IMG/VR virus record: IMGVR_UViG_3300044974_001280
Coordinates: 1 to 64,000 of that record
Length of the DNA stretch: 64,000 nt
Direction: 5' to 3' (one strand)
Shown here one piece after another: positions 46,599 through 56,103 of this stretch (within the stretch, counting starts at the first letter, position 1; each line of letters starts with the position of its first letter). Made by a program: the position numbers and the translations under genes. Under the pieces are notes generated by a model. The model saw nothing but the letters and a program-made list of their open reading frames with translations, ran no database searches and had not been told where the DNA came from.

Positions 46599-47402
46599 AT
46601 GCCAGAATTAGCCGAAGTCAGATTGACCTCAGAGTACGTCAGTCAAGTTTCAGATAGAATTGTTTTTCATTCTGTTTGGAAAAATCCAGTTCACAAAGGA
46701 AAAGAAGTAGAAATTAGAACTCCTTTTTCTCTGCGGGCAGAGTCCAGAGGGAAGGAGATGAGACTGACTATTTCTCCAGCCCCCAATTTTTTTTCTGATG
46801 CTACCCAAGAAAAAAAGACCCTCTATTTAATGATGACCATGGGCATGTCCGGTCATTTCAAATGGGCGCCGAAGATCGATGAAATGCCTAAACACACCCA
46901 TTTAAGTTTCAATTCTAACTTGGGAAATCTGTGCTTCGTAGATGTCAGAAGATTTGGCAAGTGGTCTTTTGGATCTTGGAATCCTCAAAGAGGTCCAGAC
47001 CCAACCCAAGAGTTTTTCCTCTTCTCTGAGCATGTGACCAAAAATATGTTCACTAAGGCTTTTCAAAAACCGATTCACGAGGTTCTCATGGACCAGTCCT
47101 ACTTTAACGGAATTGGTAATTATCTTAGGGCTGAGATTTTATACAGAACTGAATGTGACCCCTTTTCTTCGGCTACATTAGCTTTACAGGCTCACCCCGA
47201 AATCCTAACTCTCTGCCGGGATCTCCCTTTGCAGGCCTATGCCTTGGGAGGGGGAAGATTAAAAGACTGGGAGAATCCCGCTGGCGTGCCCGTGCCCGAA
47301 GGATGGAATTCATTCATGCTCTGCTACGGCAACCCGGTCATGTCCAGAATAAAAGATAGAAACGGCAGAACTTTCTGGTACGATCCTAAATGGAACTCTT
47401 AA
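46599..47402 (+). CDS. nei: Fpg/Nei DNA glycosylase, NEIL1-like (no Zn finger)
   Basis: MPELAEV, RGKE, GMSG, DVRRFG and H2TH FNGIGNYLRAEILY; no CxxC finger. Confidence 0.9.
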   Translation: MPELAEVRLTSEYVSQVSDRIVFHSVWKNPVHKGKEVEIRTPFSLRAESRGKEMRLTISPAPNFFSDATQEKKTLYLMMTMGMSGHFKWAPKIDEMPKHTHLSFNSNLGNLCFVDVRRFGKWSFGSWNPQRGPDPTQEFFLFSEHVTKNMFTKAFQKPIHEVLMDQSYFNGIGNYLRAEILYRTECDPFSSATLALQAHPEILTLCRDLPLQAYALGGGRLKDWENPAGVPVPEGWNSFMLCYGNPVMSRIKDRNGRTFWYDPKWNS

Positions 47403-47417
47403 ATAAAAAATAAAAAA

Positions 47418-48122
47418 ATGATCCCTTCCTACACTCTTGAAAAGCACCTTTACTTCGACGTCGAAACTGCGGGAATTACCCCAGATTTGCAAACTCTTCA
47501 GCAAACAAACCCCAGATTGGCAAAACTCTGGGAAAGAAGGGTCAAATACTACAGATCCTACCCCGAATACGCCCAAGCCACTTCGGATGCTATTTTCTTG
47601 GATAAAGCTGGGCTAGAACCAGAATTTGCCCGGGTTGTCTGTGTTTCTTTTGGTCAGATAGATTCAGATGGAAAAAGTAGATTCGTTTCTTTCTCAGGGG
47701 AAGAAGAGGCAGAAATCCTCGCCAAATCCAAAAAAGTTATTATCAACGCCCAGGGCAAAAACATGAAGCTGGCAGGCCATAATATCAAAGGCTTCGATGT
47801 GCCCTGTCTGTGCAAAAGGATGCTTTTCAACGGAATCAAACCCCCAGCCTTACTTCAGGTTTGGGATAAAAAACCCTGGGACATTCCCTTTTTGGACACC
47901 TCTGAAGTGTTTGCCTTTGGGAGCTGGTCCCAACAGAAATACTTGAGCCTAGATCTATTGGCCTGCTCTTTGGATGTTGTTTCCCCGAAAGAGGATATCG
48001 ATGGCTCACAGGTTCATCGGGTTTTCTGGGAAGAAAAAGATCACGCCAAAATCTCTCAATATTGCGAAAAGGATGTTGAAACTGTCATCAACGTGCTTCA
48101 AAAGGTTGCCCGGTTGGAATAA
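47418..48122 (+). CDS. Stand-alone DEDD 3'-5' exonuclease (PolB-exo-like)
   Basis: FDVET, GHNIKGFDVP, LDT and YCEKDV motifs. Confidence 0.88.
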   Translation: MIPSYTLEKHLYFDVETAGITPDLQTLQQTNPRLAKLWERRVKYYRSYPEYAQATSDAIFLDKAGLEPEFARVVCVSFGQIDSDGKSRFVSFSGEEEAEILAKSKKVIINAQGKNMKLAGHNIKGFDVPCLCKRMLFNGIKPPALLQVWDKKPWDIPFLDTSEVFAFGSWSQQKYLSLDLLACSLDVVSPKEDIDGSQVHRVFWEEKDHAKISQYCEKDVETVINVLQKVARLE

Positions 48123-48148
48123 AAAATTTTAATTTAACAGACACTGAG

Positions 48149-48183
48149 ACTGGTTTAGATATATACTCTAAACCAGTTTTTTT
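48149..48183 (+). terminator. Intrinsic terminator whose stem/loop contains a GATATATA late motif
   Basis: ACTGGTTTAGA-TATATAC-TCTAAACCAGT plus T run; GATATATA at 48158-48165. Confidence 0.8.
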
Positions 48184-48888
48184 GTGGCCTACATTTCAGA
48201 TTTTGAAAATTTTCTTCTAGTTGAATCCGATTCAACTTCCCAGCCTGTTTTTAACGGGATCTGGGATCCTATGGTAGACGGAAAGGGAAAAAGACACTGG
48301 AGGTTGAATGTGTTAGTCTTATCCAAACTCAAAAAGATAGCAGAGGAGGCTCACGATCACTGCCGGGGGAATTTCCAAACTGAATTAAAGGATGTGGTTC
48401 TACTGTGTCCTGCTAATTTTACGAATTCCGAGGACGATCTGGATCTGGTTCTGCTCGTGGAAAAAAGAGGGAATTTAAAAAAAGGATCCAGATCAGAAAT
48501 GGAAGACCAAATGAACGAACATCTCTCTGACTACGTGGCTGAAAAAAACCCCCGTCTTAGAGGCAAAGAGGTGGAGATAGAAGCTTCTACATCCGATTAC
48601 TTTCCTAAAAGGCTAGGAGTTTATTCACTTTTTGACAACAAGTGGCTCCAATCACCTCCCTCTGATCAGGATTTAGATTTTGTGGGGGTATCAGTCAAAA
48701 AAATTATCGGAGCAATCAAAAAACTAGATTCTTCTTCTTTATCAGAGACCCCCCGAAAAAAAATTCAGAAAATATCCAGACAGATCCAGAGACTCAAAAG
48801 ATCCGGTCCAACTGGCATAGGGTCCTACAATCATCTGTTGTCGGGTGGATATATACACAAAATAATGGATCTCCTTTCCAAAAAATAA
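48184..48888 (+). CDS. Degenerate nucleotidyltransferase-like protein with CTS-like N-terminus
   Basis: MAYISDFENF; DVVLL...AN...DDLDL...GVYSL..NKW pattern but lacking the GS motif. Confidence 0.5.
   Translation: MAYISDFENFLLVESDSTSQPVFNGIWDPMVDGKGKRHWRLNVLVLSKLKKIAEEAHDHCRGNFQTELKDVVLLCPANFTNSEDDLDLVLLVEKRGNLKKGSRSEMEDQMNEHLSDYVAEKNPRLRGKEVEIEASTSDYFPKRLGVYSLFDNKWLQSPPSDQDLDFVGVSVKKIIGAIKKLDSSSLSETPRKKIQKISRQIQRLKRSGPTGIGSYNHLLSGGYIHKIMDLLSKK
48848..48855 (+). promoter_or_regulatory. Putative late promoter GATATATA (inside upstream CDS)
   Basis: Recurrent motif, about 40 nt before ATG 48896. Confidence 0.55.
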
Positions 48889-48895
48889 TTTTCTT

Positions 48896-51397
48896 ATGTA
48901 CACCATTCTCGACACAAAAAAAATCATCAAGGGCAGTTATGCTGACCCTAAAAAAGAACCTGGTATTTTTCCAATTGTTAATTTACCACTGGACGACGAG
49001 GGCGAGGACATGGAGTTAAACGACTTTCAGTGGGTTGCCCCAACAGATAGATGGTTGGAGTGGTTAAAAGAAAACCCCAGAGATTGGCAAGCCGAGAGCG
49101 AAGATTCTCGATATGAATTCGACTATATTCTGGTTGAATCATATTCAACAGAGGAAGATCCCTACCTATTTCTATTTCAACCTCAAAATTACGACCAGCC
49201 CACATCAGAAAGTTATCTCCAGTCCTTCGATGAGTTTGCCCAGATCTACGAGGAGGAATTGGACGGTGGATCGGAGGAATTAACAGGCAGAGCGGTCAAA
49301 CTTGCCTTTGCCTTAGAGAAATTAAACAAAGAAGGCAAACTGAAAGAGGAGCTCAACCCCAGCGAGCTAGACAAAGCTAAAGAATATGCCATCATTTTCG
49401 ACCCGGTCGACTCCGCCAAGAACGAGGTCATTCCAAGCGGGAGAAACGCAGTCCGATTTAAACTTCTCTCTCAAGATGAAGACACAATTTCAGTTGGTAA
49501 AATAGATTATTCCCTGTTGACCGACGAAGACCTGCCCGACAATATGACAGCTGAAGAGCAGAGTGAGTGGATGAAAGGGTTACTTGATGAGGCAGGAGAC
49601 ATAGGAAAGGCAGGGATCTGGGGTTTAACTGCCTATGGTGTAGCAACAACTGTAGGTGGAACAGTCGGTACCTATCTTAGTTATAAGGGTATTCAGAAGT
49701 GGATGCGAAGAGGAACTACAACACCTCCTCCAGGTGGTACCCCTCCAGCCGGTCCTGGTTTAGTATCCAGAATTGGAACCTGGCTCAGCGGACGTAGAGC
49801 CTGGCTTAGCGGAACACGAGCAGCCTCAGGACTAAGATCACTTCACGTTGCGGCAGCTGGAATTCCAAGACTTGGCTCTTTATTTGGAGGAGCCGCATCC
49901 GCTGCTGCCGGAGGGTCAGCTGCAGTTGGAGCCGGTATAGCTGCTGGTGTTTTAGCAATAGTTTCAGCTGCCCAACAAGTTTATAATTGGTCGTCTACCA
50001 ATCAAGCTCCCACATACAGTAAACTGAAATCTTTCGCCAAAGATTCTTTCGTTCCTAGAAACACTCCTGCCGGTGGTTTAATTACTGTGTGTTGGACCGC
50101 AGACGGAGGGAAAGGTTTTTGGGGAAATATAACAAATATCTTCAAAGACGATACTAGAACAACCATGAATCTAATGAAGCTGGCAAACACGGATAAAAAA
50201 GCTGTTTTTCTCCTTCTCTCTGTCAACTCTGAACAAATCCAAAAAGAGAGGAACCAGTACGATGCTATTCTTTTTTCTTTCGATCTAGATTCTGCTTTTG
50301 AACACGGATATTTGGATAACGACGATTTAGAATTCCAAATCATTAGGATCAAACCTCTCAGTGATTTCTCGACCCCGACCTCGTTTGTCGCCTACTGTGA
50401 ATGGTCGGAACTAAAATCAGCTTTTGATTCGGCTCCAGATAGTCCGTTTGTTGTTCCGGCAGATGCTCCTGACAGCTATGTCTTTAATTATCAGCAAGGA
50501 GATCAGAGAGCCAATATACAAGGTTCTCTTCTATCAGCTGAAACCATAGCTTCTCAACGTAGTTTGTTTGAGAGTGATTCGGCAGATCTTTCGGATGTTG
50601 TCTTTATTAGTAACACCTCGGTTCTGGAAGGCAACAAGGCTTTAGGCTTCAATGAATTCTGGAGATCTAACTCTATCTCTCTGTTCGAAGAAGACAAAAA
50701 TTCAGCAGATGAGAGCAAAAAAGATTCTAAATCGGTTCAATTAGGAATCTCGAAAGATTCGGATTATTCACAAACCGAAATCATAGTGTACGAGGTCAGT
50801 AGTAACGAATTTGCCAACCCCAATGCCAGCGGAAACCCTCCAGAAGTTAACTACTTTATAGTAGACAAAAGAAGCTTATCAGCCACTGATGGCCAATCTG
50901 TGAAAGTTGAATCGTCGGCAGGAAAAAGATTCCAGGATGCTAAATACGGTTTAGCAATTTATAAAGAAGAGACCGAAGACACAAAACAGAAAAAAGGGGA
51001 AGGAGATGAAGAAGATGAGGAATCTTTAGCCCCAATTCCACCAACAGATGGCAAAAAAGACACAGGTTCATTACTCACCTCTCCTGATGATGTTTCAATC
51101 AAGGATAGAAGAAGAAGAACTGTTATTAAAGACAAACCAACCAATAGGGAGGAAGATGTCAATATTATAGATGATATTCTTACAAACGATGATAAAAAGT
51201 CTTTAGGTATTCAGGATTGGAAAACCCTCACAAAAATAGTTCTAGTTAAAGATAAAGAAGGTTATCCAGAAAAAGTCATTCTGAAAAATCAAACCCAAGG
51301 CAGAGATAGAACTAGAAGAATTAAGAGAGGTGAATCAGGATTTGAAACCGCTGTTAAGATAGCTGATAAGGTTAAAAGTTCAATCAAATACAAATAA
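48896..51397 (+). CDS. Large hypothetical protein with Gly/Ala-rich hydrophobic segments (possible ejected/membrane-inserting protein)
   Basis: GGAASAAAGGSAAVGAGIAAGVLAIV segment; internal F.EF motifs. Confidence 0.65.
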   Translation: MYTILDTKKIIKGSYADPKKEPGIFPIVNLPLDDEGEDMELNDFQWVAPTDRWLEWLKENPRDWQAESEDSRYEFDYILVESYSTEEDPYLFLFQPQNYDQPTSESYLQSFDEFAQIYEEELDGGSEELTGRAVKLAFALEKLNKEGKLKEELNPSELDKAKEYAIIFDPVDSAKNEVIPSGRNAVRFKLLSQDEDTISVGKIDYSLLTDEDLPDNMTAEEQSEWMKGLLDEAGDIGKAGIWGLTAYGVATTVGGTVGTYLSYKGIQKWMRRGTTTPPPGGTPPAGPGLVSRIGTWLSGRRAWLSGTRAASGLRSLHVAAAGIPRLGSLFGGAASAAAGGSAAVGAGIAAGVLAIVSAAQQVYNWSSTNQAPTYSKLKSFAKDSFVPRNTPAGGLITVCWTADGGKGFWGNITNIFKDDTRTTMNLMKLANTDKKAVFLLLSVNSEQIQKERNQYDAILFSFDLDSAFEHGYLDNDDLEFQIIRIKPLSDFSTPTSFVAYCEWSELKSAFDSAPDSPFVVPADAPDSYVFNYQQGDQRANIQGSLLSAETIASQRSLFESDSADLSDVVFISNTSVLEGNKALGFNEFWRSNSISLFEEDKNSADESKKDSKSVQLGISKDSDYSQTEIIVYEVSSNEFANPNASGNPPEVNYFIVDKRSLSATDGQSVKVESSAGKRFQDAKYGLAIYKEETEDTKQKKGEGDEEDEESLAPIPPTDGKKDTGSLLTSPDDVSIKDRRRRTVIKDKPTNREEDVNIIDDILTNDDKKSLGIQDWKTLTKIVLVKDKEGYPEKVILKNQTQGRDRTRRIKRGESGFETAVKIADKVKSSIKYK

Positions 51398-51430
51398 TCT
51401 CAAAAATTTAAAATTTCAGAAATTAGAATA

Positions 51431-51438
51431 GATATATA
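51431..51438 (+). promoter_or_regulatory. Putative late promoter GATATATA
   Basis: Recurrent motif. Confidence 0.7.
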
Positions 51439-51462
51439 ATTCTAAATAAAAAATAACAGCCC

Positions 51463-53493
51463 ATGAGTCTAGGTCCTTTTGGAGAAGATATGGTTTTCAT
51501 TCTGGAAAAACAGAATCACCATGTTAATGTTTCGAAACAGAAAGTAGATGGGGACAATGTTTACACATTGAAAGGAATTGCTGCTCAATTTGGTAAAGAA
51601 AACAACAACAATAGAATCTACGAAGAAGCAGAATATCTACCCCATCTTGACTACTTGAACGAGAAAATCAAACAAAAAAGATTGGTTGGTGAACTAGATC
51701 ACCCCGAGAAATTTGATGTCTCTCTCAGAAACATTTCACACATCATCGAAAATCTCGAGTATGATAAAAACGGTCGGGTACTGAACATTAAAGTCAAGTT
51801 GCTTGATACTCCCGCAGGTCAGATTGCCAAGAAGCTGGTTGATGCCGGTGTTCCTCTTTCTATTTCTTCAAGAGCTGCTGGTAATGTGGGTCCGGATAAA
51901 AAGGTTCAGATCAAAAAGATCTTCACTTACGACCTAGTCGCAGATCCTGGTTTTCAAGACGCCCAATTAGAAAGAGTCTATGAAAGCGCGGGCTTTTCTT
52001 TTTCGGAATTCGCCGACAAGACTAAAAATTCCATTGTGAGCCATTTAGAGTGTATCAATGAATCTTTGGGTCTAAAAAATAACGATTCAGTAAAGATATA
52101 TAGAGTCGAAAATAACGAAGAATTCGAAAAAATATTCACAACAGAAAAAAATAACATCGATATTATGGAGTCACAAAAAAGAGAATTCGTTACGGCCGAA
52201 GAGCTCAACAAATATTCTATTTTTCTGAAAAAGAAAATGGAGGAAATGGAAATGCAAATTCAGGAGATGAAGAGCAGTTCACCACAGTCAAGCAATGCAT
52301 CTGAAAATGCTCAGCTGTTGGAGAGAATTGACCGTCTAGAAGAATATTCCGAATATCTAGCCGAAAATTTAGAGGATGCTATCAAATACGGCGAATATTT
52401 GGCTGAAAATTTGGACGACTCCATCAATTACAGCAAGTATCTGGCCGAGAGCCTGGATAAATCGATCTCTTACTCGAAGTATTTGGCCGAGAATGTAGAC
52501 AACTCTATTTCTTATTCAGAATACGTAGCAGAGAATGTGGATAGAACCATCAACTACTCGAAATATTTGGCAGAAAAGATCGACGATGGTATTCAGTACA
52601 GCGAGTATGTGGCTGAAAACCTAGGTAACAGTATTGCCTACTCTGAATATCTGGCCGAAAACGTCGACAGAGGAATTGCCTACTCTGAATATCTGGCCGA
52701 GAAGGTTGATAGGAACATTTCGTACTCTGAATATCTGGCCGAGTATATCGATAAAGACATCGCCTACTCTGAATATCTAGGAGAAAAAATAGATCAAGGT
52801 ATTTCTTACTCTGAATATCTGGCTGAAAAACTAGATCAGGGTATCTCTTATTCGGAATATCTGGCTGAAAATGTGAACAGGACTATCTCTTACTCTGAAT
52901 ACATTGCAGAAAAATTAAACGGCACAATTGAATTTGGTGAGGCACTATCAGAAAAAGTTGGTTATCCAACCCATCTGAATTCCAGAGCCAGATCAGAAGC
53001 AAATCTTGCCGCTAAAACTGAATTATTTGAATCAGGATTTGCCGGGGATTATAATAACCTCGGAAGTCAAATCGATTCATTAATCGAATCGGTCCAAACC
53101 CAAAAGACCGAATTAACCCGGGCCCAACTGGTTGGAAGGCCCTCTGCCCACACTCCAAAGGCAGAAGAGATGCTCAACGAGAATCAATCAGCCACCATTT
53201 CCTCCTCAGGTCATAAATTTATCGACGAAATGCCGGAAAATTATGCTCCAATTTGGGAATCTCTCAACGAAGGACAGAAGCAATCTATTATTGCTCAGTC
53301 CGCTTTCTATCGATTGGAGACACCTTATCAGATCAACAATTTCTGGTCTACTCGTAACTTGAGGAAAGAAACGGTGACTATGCAGAGACTCGATGAGAAT
53401 CAACAAACCCATGCTCTTCCCCAGTCGACGACTCGTGCTTATGGAAGTGATTACCTAAACTGGGTAGCTCAATCACTGGAGAAAAGATTCTAA
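51463..53493 (+). CDS. gp21: Prohead protease (gp21-like) fused to a scaffold-like region
   Basis: N.N.RIY, GELDHP, LLDTPAG, ISSR and TYDLVADPGF, followed by coiled-coil repeats; upstream of the capsid gene. Confidence 0.9.
   Translation: MSLGPFGEDMVFILEKQNHHVNVSKQKVDGDNVYTLKGIAAQFGKENNNNRIYEEAEYLPHLDYLNEKIKQKRLVGELDHPEKFDVSLRNISHIIENLEYDKNGRVLNIKVKLLDTPAGQIAKKLVDAGVPLSISSRAAGNVGPDKKVQIKKIFTYDLVADPGFQDAQLERVYESAGFSFSEFADKTKNSIVSHLECINESLGLKNNDSVKIYRVENNEEFEKIFTTEKNNIDIMESQKREFVTAEELNKYSIFLKKKMEEMEMQIQEMKSSSPQSSNASENAQLLERIDRLEEYSEYLAENLEDAIKYGEYLAENLDDSINYSKYLAESLDKSISYSKYLAENVDNSISYSEYVAENVDRTINYSKYLAEKIDDGIQYSEYVAENLGNSIAYSEYLAENVDRGIAYSEYLAEKVDRNISYSEYLAEYIDKDIAYSEYLGEKIDQGISYSEYLAEKLDQGISYSEYLAENVNRTISYSEYIAEKLNGTIEFGEALSEKVGYPTHLNSRARSEANLAAKTELFESGFAGDYNNLGSQIDSLIESVQTQKTELTRAQLVGRPSAHTPKAEEMLNENQSATISSSGHKFIDEMPENYAPIWESLNEGQKQSIIAQSAFYRLETPYQINNFWSTRNLRKETVTMQRLDENQQTHALPQSTTRAYGSDYLNWVAQSLEKRF
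52345..52932 (+). repeat. 14 tandem 42-bp (14 aa) repeats YSEYLAE(N/K)xDxxIx
   Basis: Direct translation; tactctgaatatctggccga recurs. Confidence 0.92.
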
Positions 53494-53519
53494 AAAAAAA
53501 CAAAAAAAACAATAAAAAA

Positions 53520-55241
53520 ATGAAACTAATTAACGAAGCCGAGATTTTTGATACCTGGGCACCTATTATTGAACAAAAAGCTGGTATCACTGATCCCTCA
53601 AAACAAACTTGGTTGGCAAAATATTGCCACTACCACTCCCTCAACGAGTCTGCCGGTGCATATCAGTCGTTGAATGTCGTCAACGGTATGGGTGCCGTTA
53701 CACCTCCTACCTTCCCAGCAGCAACAGCAGCCGGTTCTCTTGGCGGTCTAACTCCTAACCAAGGATTCTACAGCCAGTCTTGGCAAGGATCTGGCGATAA
53801 GTTCCCTTCACTTCTTCCTTTGGCTATTCAGGTAGCTGCGAAGACTGTAGGTTTCGACATCGTTCCAGTTATTCCAATGTCCGGTCCTTCTGGCGTTTTG
53901 TCCTACCTTGACTATGTGTATGCCGGTGGTAAGATCAGCCCGCAAAACGCCGGAACTACAGCTGCCGAGGCTTTGGCAAATGCTCCTACAATGATCAAAT
54001 TGCAAATCACTACCCAGACGAACATGTCTTTACTAGAGGTAGGACCAAATACACCAGGTACAGATTATTACATCTCCAACGCCAGTGCTTCAGCTACTGA
54101 ATACATCACTGCTAGGTTTGTAGGCTACTCTAGAATTGATGGATTTCCAATTTTTGAAATCACAGCAATGACCGCAGGTGAAACTGTTGCCTCCGTTCTT
54201 AGCGGAGGTGCTTTCATTGGTACTACAATTGCCGGAGATGAAGTTGGTAGTACCACAGCTACTGCTTCTCTGGTTAAGGCTCTAGAGGATCACATTCAGG
54301 GTTTCTCTGGTGCAGGTTTTTATGACGATCAGAATTGGCAAGGTCCCTTCACCGATGGCACACAGACTTACAATCCGATGCTAAGAAGTGTAGGTGAAGA
54401 AAACTACTACAATTTGATGGGTCTAACGACTTTCACTAAGTTCGTAGAAGCCGACACCTTCCAGGTAGCCGCTTCCGTTACCACGGAGCAAATCCAGGAT
54501 CTCAACAAGCAATTCGGAATCGATGTTATCTCAATGATCGAAAACGCATTGGTGAATGAGGTTTCTCAGGCTATCAACAAGCACATCTTGTCAAGGGCAT
54601 TTGCTTTAGGATGGTCTAACACCTATGCTTTCTTCCAAACAGAAGCACAGAATTTGAACTTGAGCCTAGTATTGGGTGGTGCAACAGGAACTACCCTTGC
54701 CTATGTTACTAAAACTGACGGAACCCAATCAATGTCTATCCCAGCCGGGCCTGCTAATGGAGGTTACGAGAATTTGTCAACTCTACAGAGAAGGCTTTTC
54801 TCCCGGATCTTGGCAGCTGCCAACATGGTAGCTAACAGAGGTAGAAGAGGTCCTGCTAACTTCATTGTTACCAACGCTAATTTGGCTTCGGCAATGCAGG
54901 ACATCAGCCAATTCACTTTCGCTCCTTTCACTAACACCTTGACTCAGAACAATGGTACTCTGTATCCAGTAGGTTCTTTGGCAGGTATGACTGTCTACGT
55001 CGATCAAAACATGAGATTCTCCGATAACCGTATCCTAGTCGGTAGAAAAGGTGGAGACGACGAGCCAGGTCTAAAATTCATGCCTTACATGATGGCTGAA
55101 TCTATCCAGACTATCTCCGAGGGAACTATGTCTCCTAAAATCGCGGTCAAGTCTCGTTACGCTCTAGTAGAAGCTGGTTTCCACCCAGAAACCATGTATG
55201 CTACTTTCTTCGTACAAGTTCCGGTTGGAGGTATCAACTAA
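53520..55241 (+). CDS. gp23: Major capsid protein (gp23-like)
   Basis: PMSGPSG, EQIQDL, EV...INK, ANRGRRGPANF, PY and KSRY motifs. Confidence 0.92.
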   Translation: MKLINEAEIFDTWAPIIEQKAGITDPSKQTWLAKYCHYHSLNESAGAYQSLNVVNGMGAVTPPTFPAATAAGSLGGLTPNQGFYSQSWQGSGDKFPSLLPLAIQVAAKTVGFDIVPVIPMSGPSGVLSYLDYVYAGGKISPQNAGTTAAEALANAPTMIKLQITTQTNMSLLEVGPNTPGTDYYISNASASATEYITARFVGYSRIDGFPIFEITAMTAGETVASVLSGGAFIGTTIAGDEVGSTTATASLVKALEDHIQGFSGAGFYDDQNWQGPFTDGTQTYNPMLRSVGEENYYNLMGLTTFTKFVEADTFQVAASVTTEQIQDLNKQFGIDVISMIENALVNEVSQAINKHILSRAFALGWSNTYAFFQTEAQNLNLSLVLGGATGTTLAYVTKTDGTQSMSIPAGPANGGYENLSTLQRRLFSRILAAANMVANRGRRGPANFIVTNANLASAMQDISQFTFAPFTNTLTQNNGTLYPVGSLAGMTVYVDQNMRFSDNRILVGRKGGDDEPGLKFMPYMMAESIQTISEGTMSPKIAVKSRYALVEAGFHPETMYATFFVQVPVGGIN

Positions 55242-55265
55242 TCCATCGGATCAAATACGTCAACA

Positions 55266-55299
55266 AAAATCCCAGTGTTTTTCACTGGGATTTTTTTTT
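55266..55299 (+). terminator. Intrinsic terminator after the capsid gene
   Basis: AAAATCCCAGTG-TTTTT-CACTGGGATTTT plus T run. Confidence 0.9.
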
Positions 55300-55331
55300 G
55301 CAGTATTGTCTTGGATTATATTCGATGGAAG

Positions 55332-55339
55332 GATATATA
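55332..55339 (+). promoter_or_regulatory. Putative late promoter GATATATA
   Basis: Recurrent motif. Confidence 0.7.
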
Positions 55340-55359
55340 CTTAGAAAATAATAAAGGGT

Positions 55360-56052
55360 ATGTCATACATTTTAGATTTTGAATCTTATGATTCTGGAAG
55401 AAAAAAATCTGAGGACACTCTGGATGAAAAATCTCTACTAGCTCTAGAATCCTGGATTGAAGACCTGAACGAATCTCGACTACTGGACGAAATAAAAAAC
55501 AGATTTTCCAAACTGTTGGGCGGTTTTTCTAATATCAATGCAATAGACGAAATTAGAAAAGGTATGCTGAAACTGAAAAAAGAAATTCTGGAGAAAAAAT
55601 ACGAAACCCAAGAAGAGATCTCAGATTTAGAATTAAAACTTGAGCAACTAGAGCAGAAGAAAACTAAAACATCTACCGATAAAACAGCTATTGAGGCAGT
55701 CGAAAAAGAAATTATAGCCAAAAAAGAAGAGTATAGAGCTTTCTTAAAAAGTCAAAACGACAGAATGCAGAAAGGCAAAGAACTGCTCCAGAAAACAATA
55801 AGCAAAAAAGACCGGCTCAAGAGGTACTTAGAATCTGTCGAGACTGATGATAAATTAGAAATCTCTGAGTATGAGTACGAGCTGGCCAAAAAACACTCGG
55901 CCGATGCGGCTGAAATCTCTAAATTAAAGAATCGAATAGATAAGGCAAAAAAAGATGCCAAAGATCTATTAAGCTCTTTAAGAAAAAAGCCCAGTCCGGG
56001 CGCAAGAGGTTCAACAAACTCGTCAAGCTCTGGTTGGGGATTTTTTCCTTGA
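55360..56052 (+). CDS. Coiled-coil protein with CTS-like N-terminus
   Basis: MSYILDFESY; LNES site. Confidence 0.7.
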   Translation: MSYILDFESYDSGRKKSEDTLDEKSLLALESWIEDLNESRLLDEIKNRFSKLLGGFSNINAIDEIRKGMLKLKKEILEKKYETQEEISDLELKLEQLEQKKTKTSTDKTAIEAVEKEIIAKKEEYRAFLKSQNDRMQKGKELLQKTISKKDRLKRYLESVETDDKLEISEYEYELAKKHSADAAEISKLKNRIDKAKKDAKDLLSSLRKKPSPGARGSTNSSSSGWGFFP

Positions 56053-56103
56053 GAATCTAGGTAATATAATTCCTTAAAATCAAACACAAATTAGTTAAAA
56101 GTT

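Noticed and set aside
52345-52932. Regularly spaced repeats as a CRISPR array
   Set aside because: The 42-bp period is in frame within a CDS and the repeats vary at synonymous positions; there are no true spacers or cas genes.
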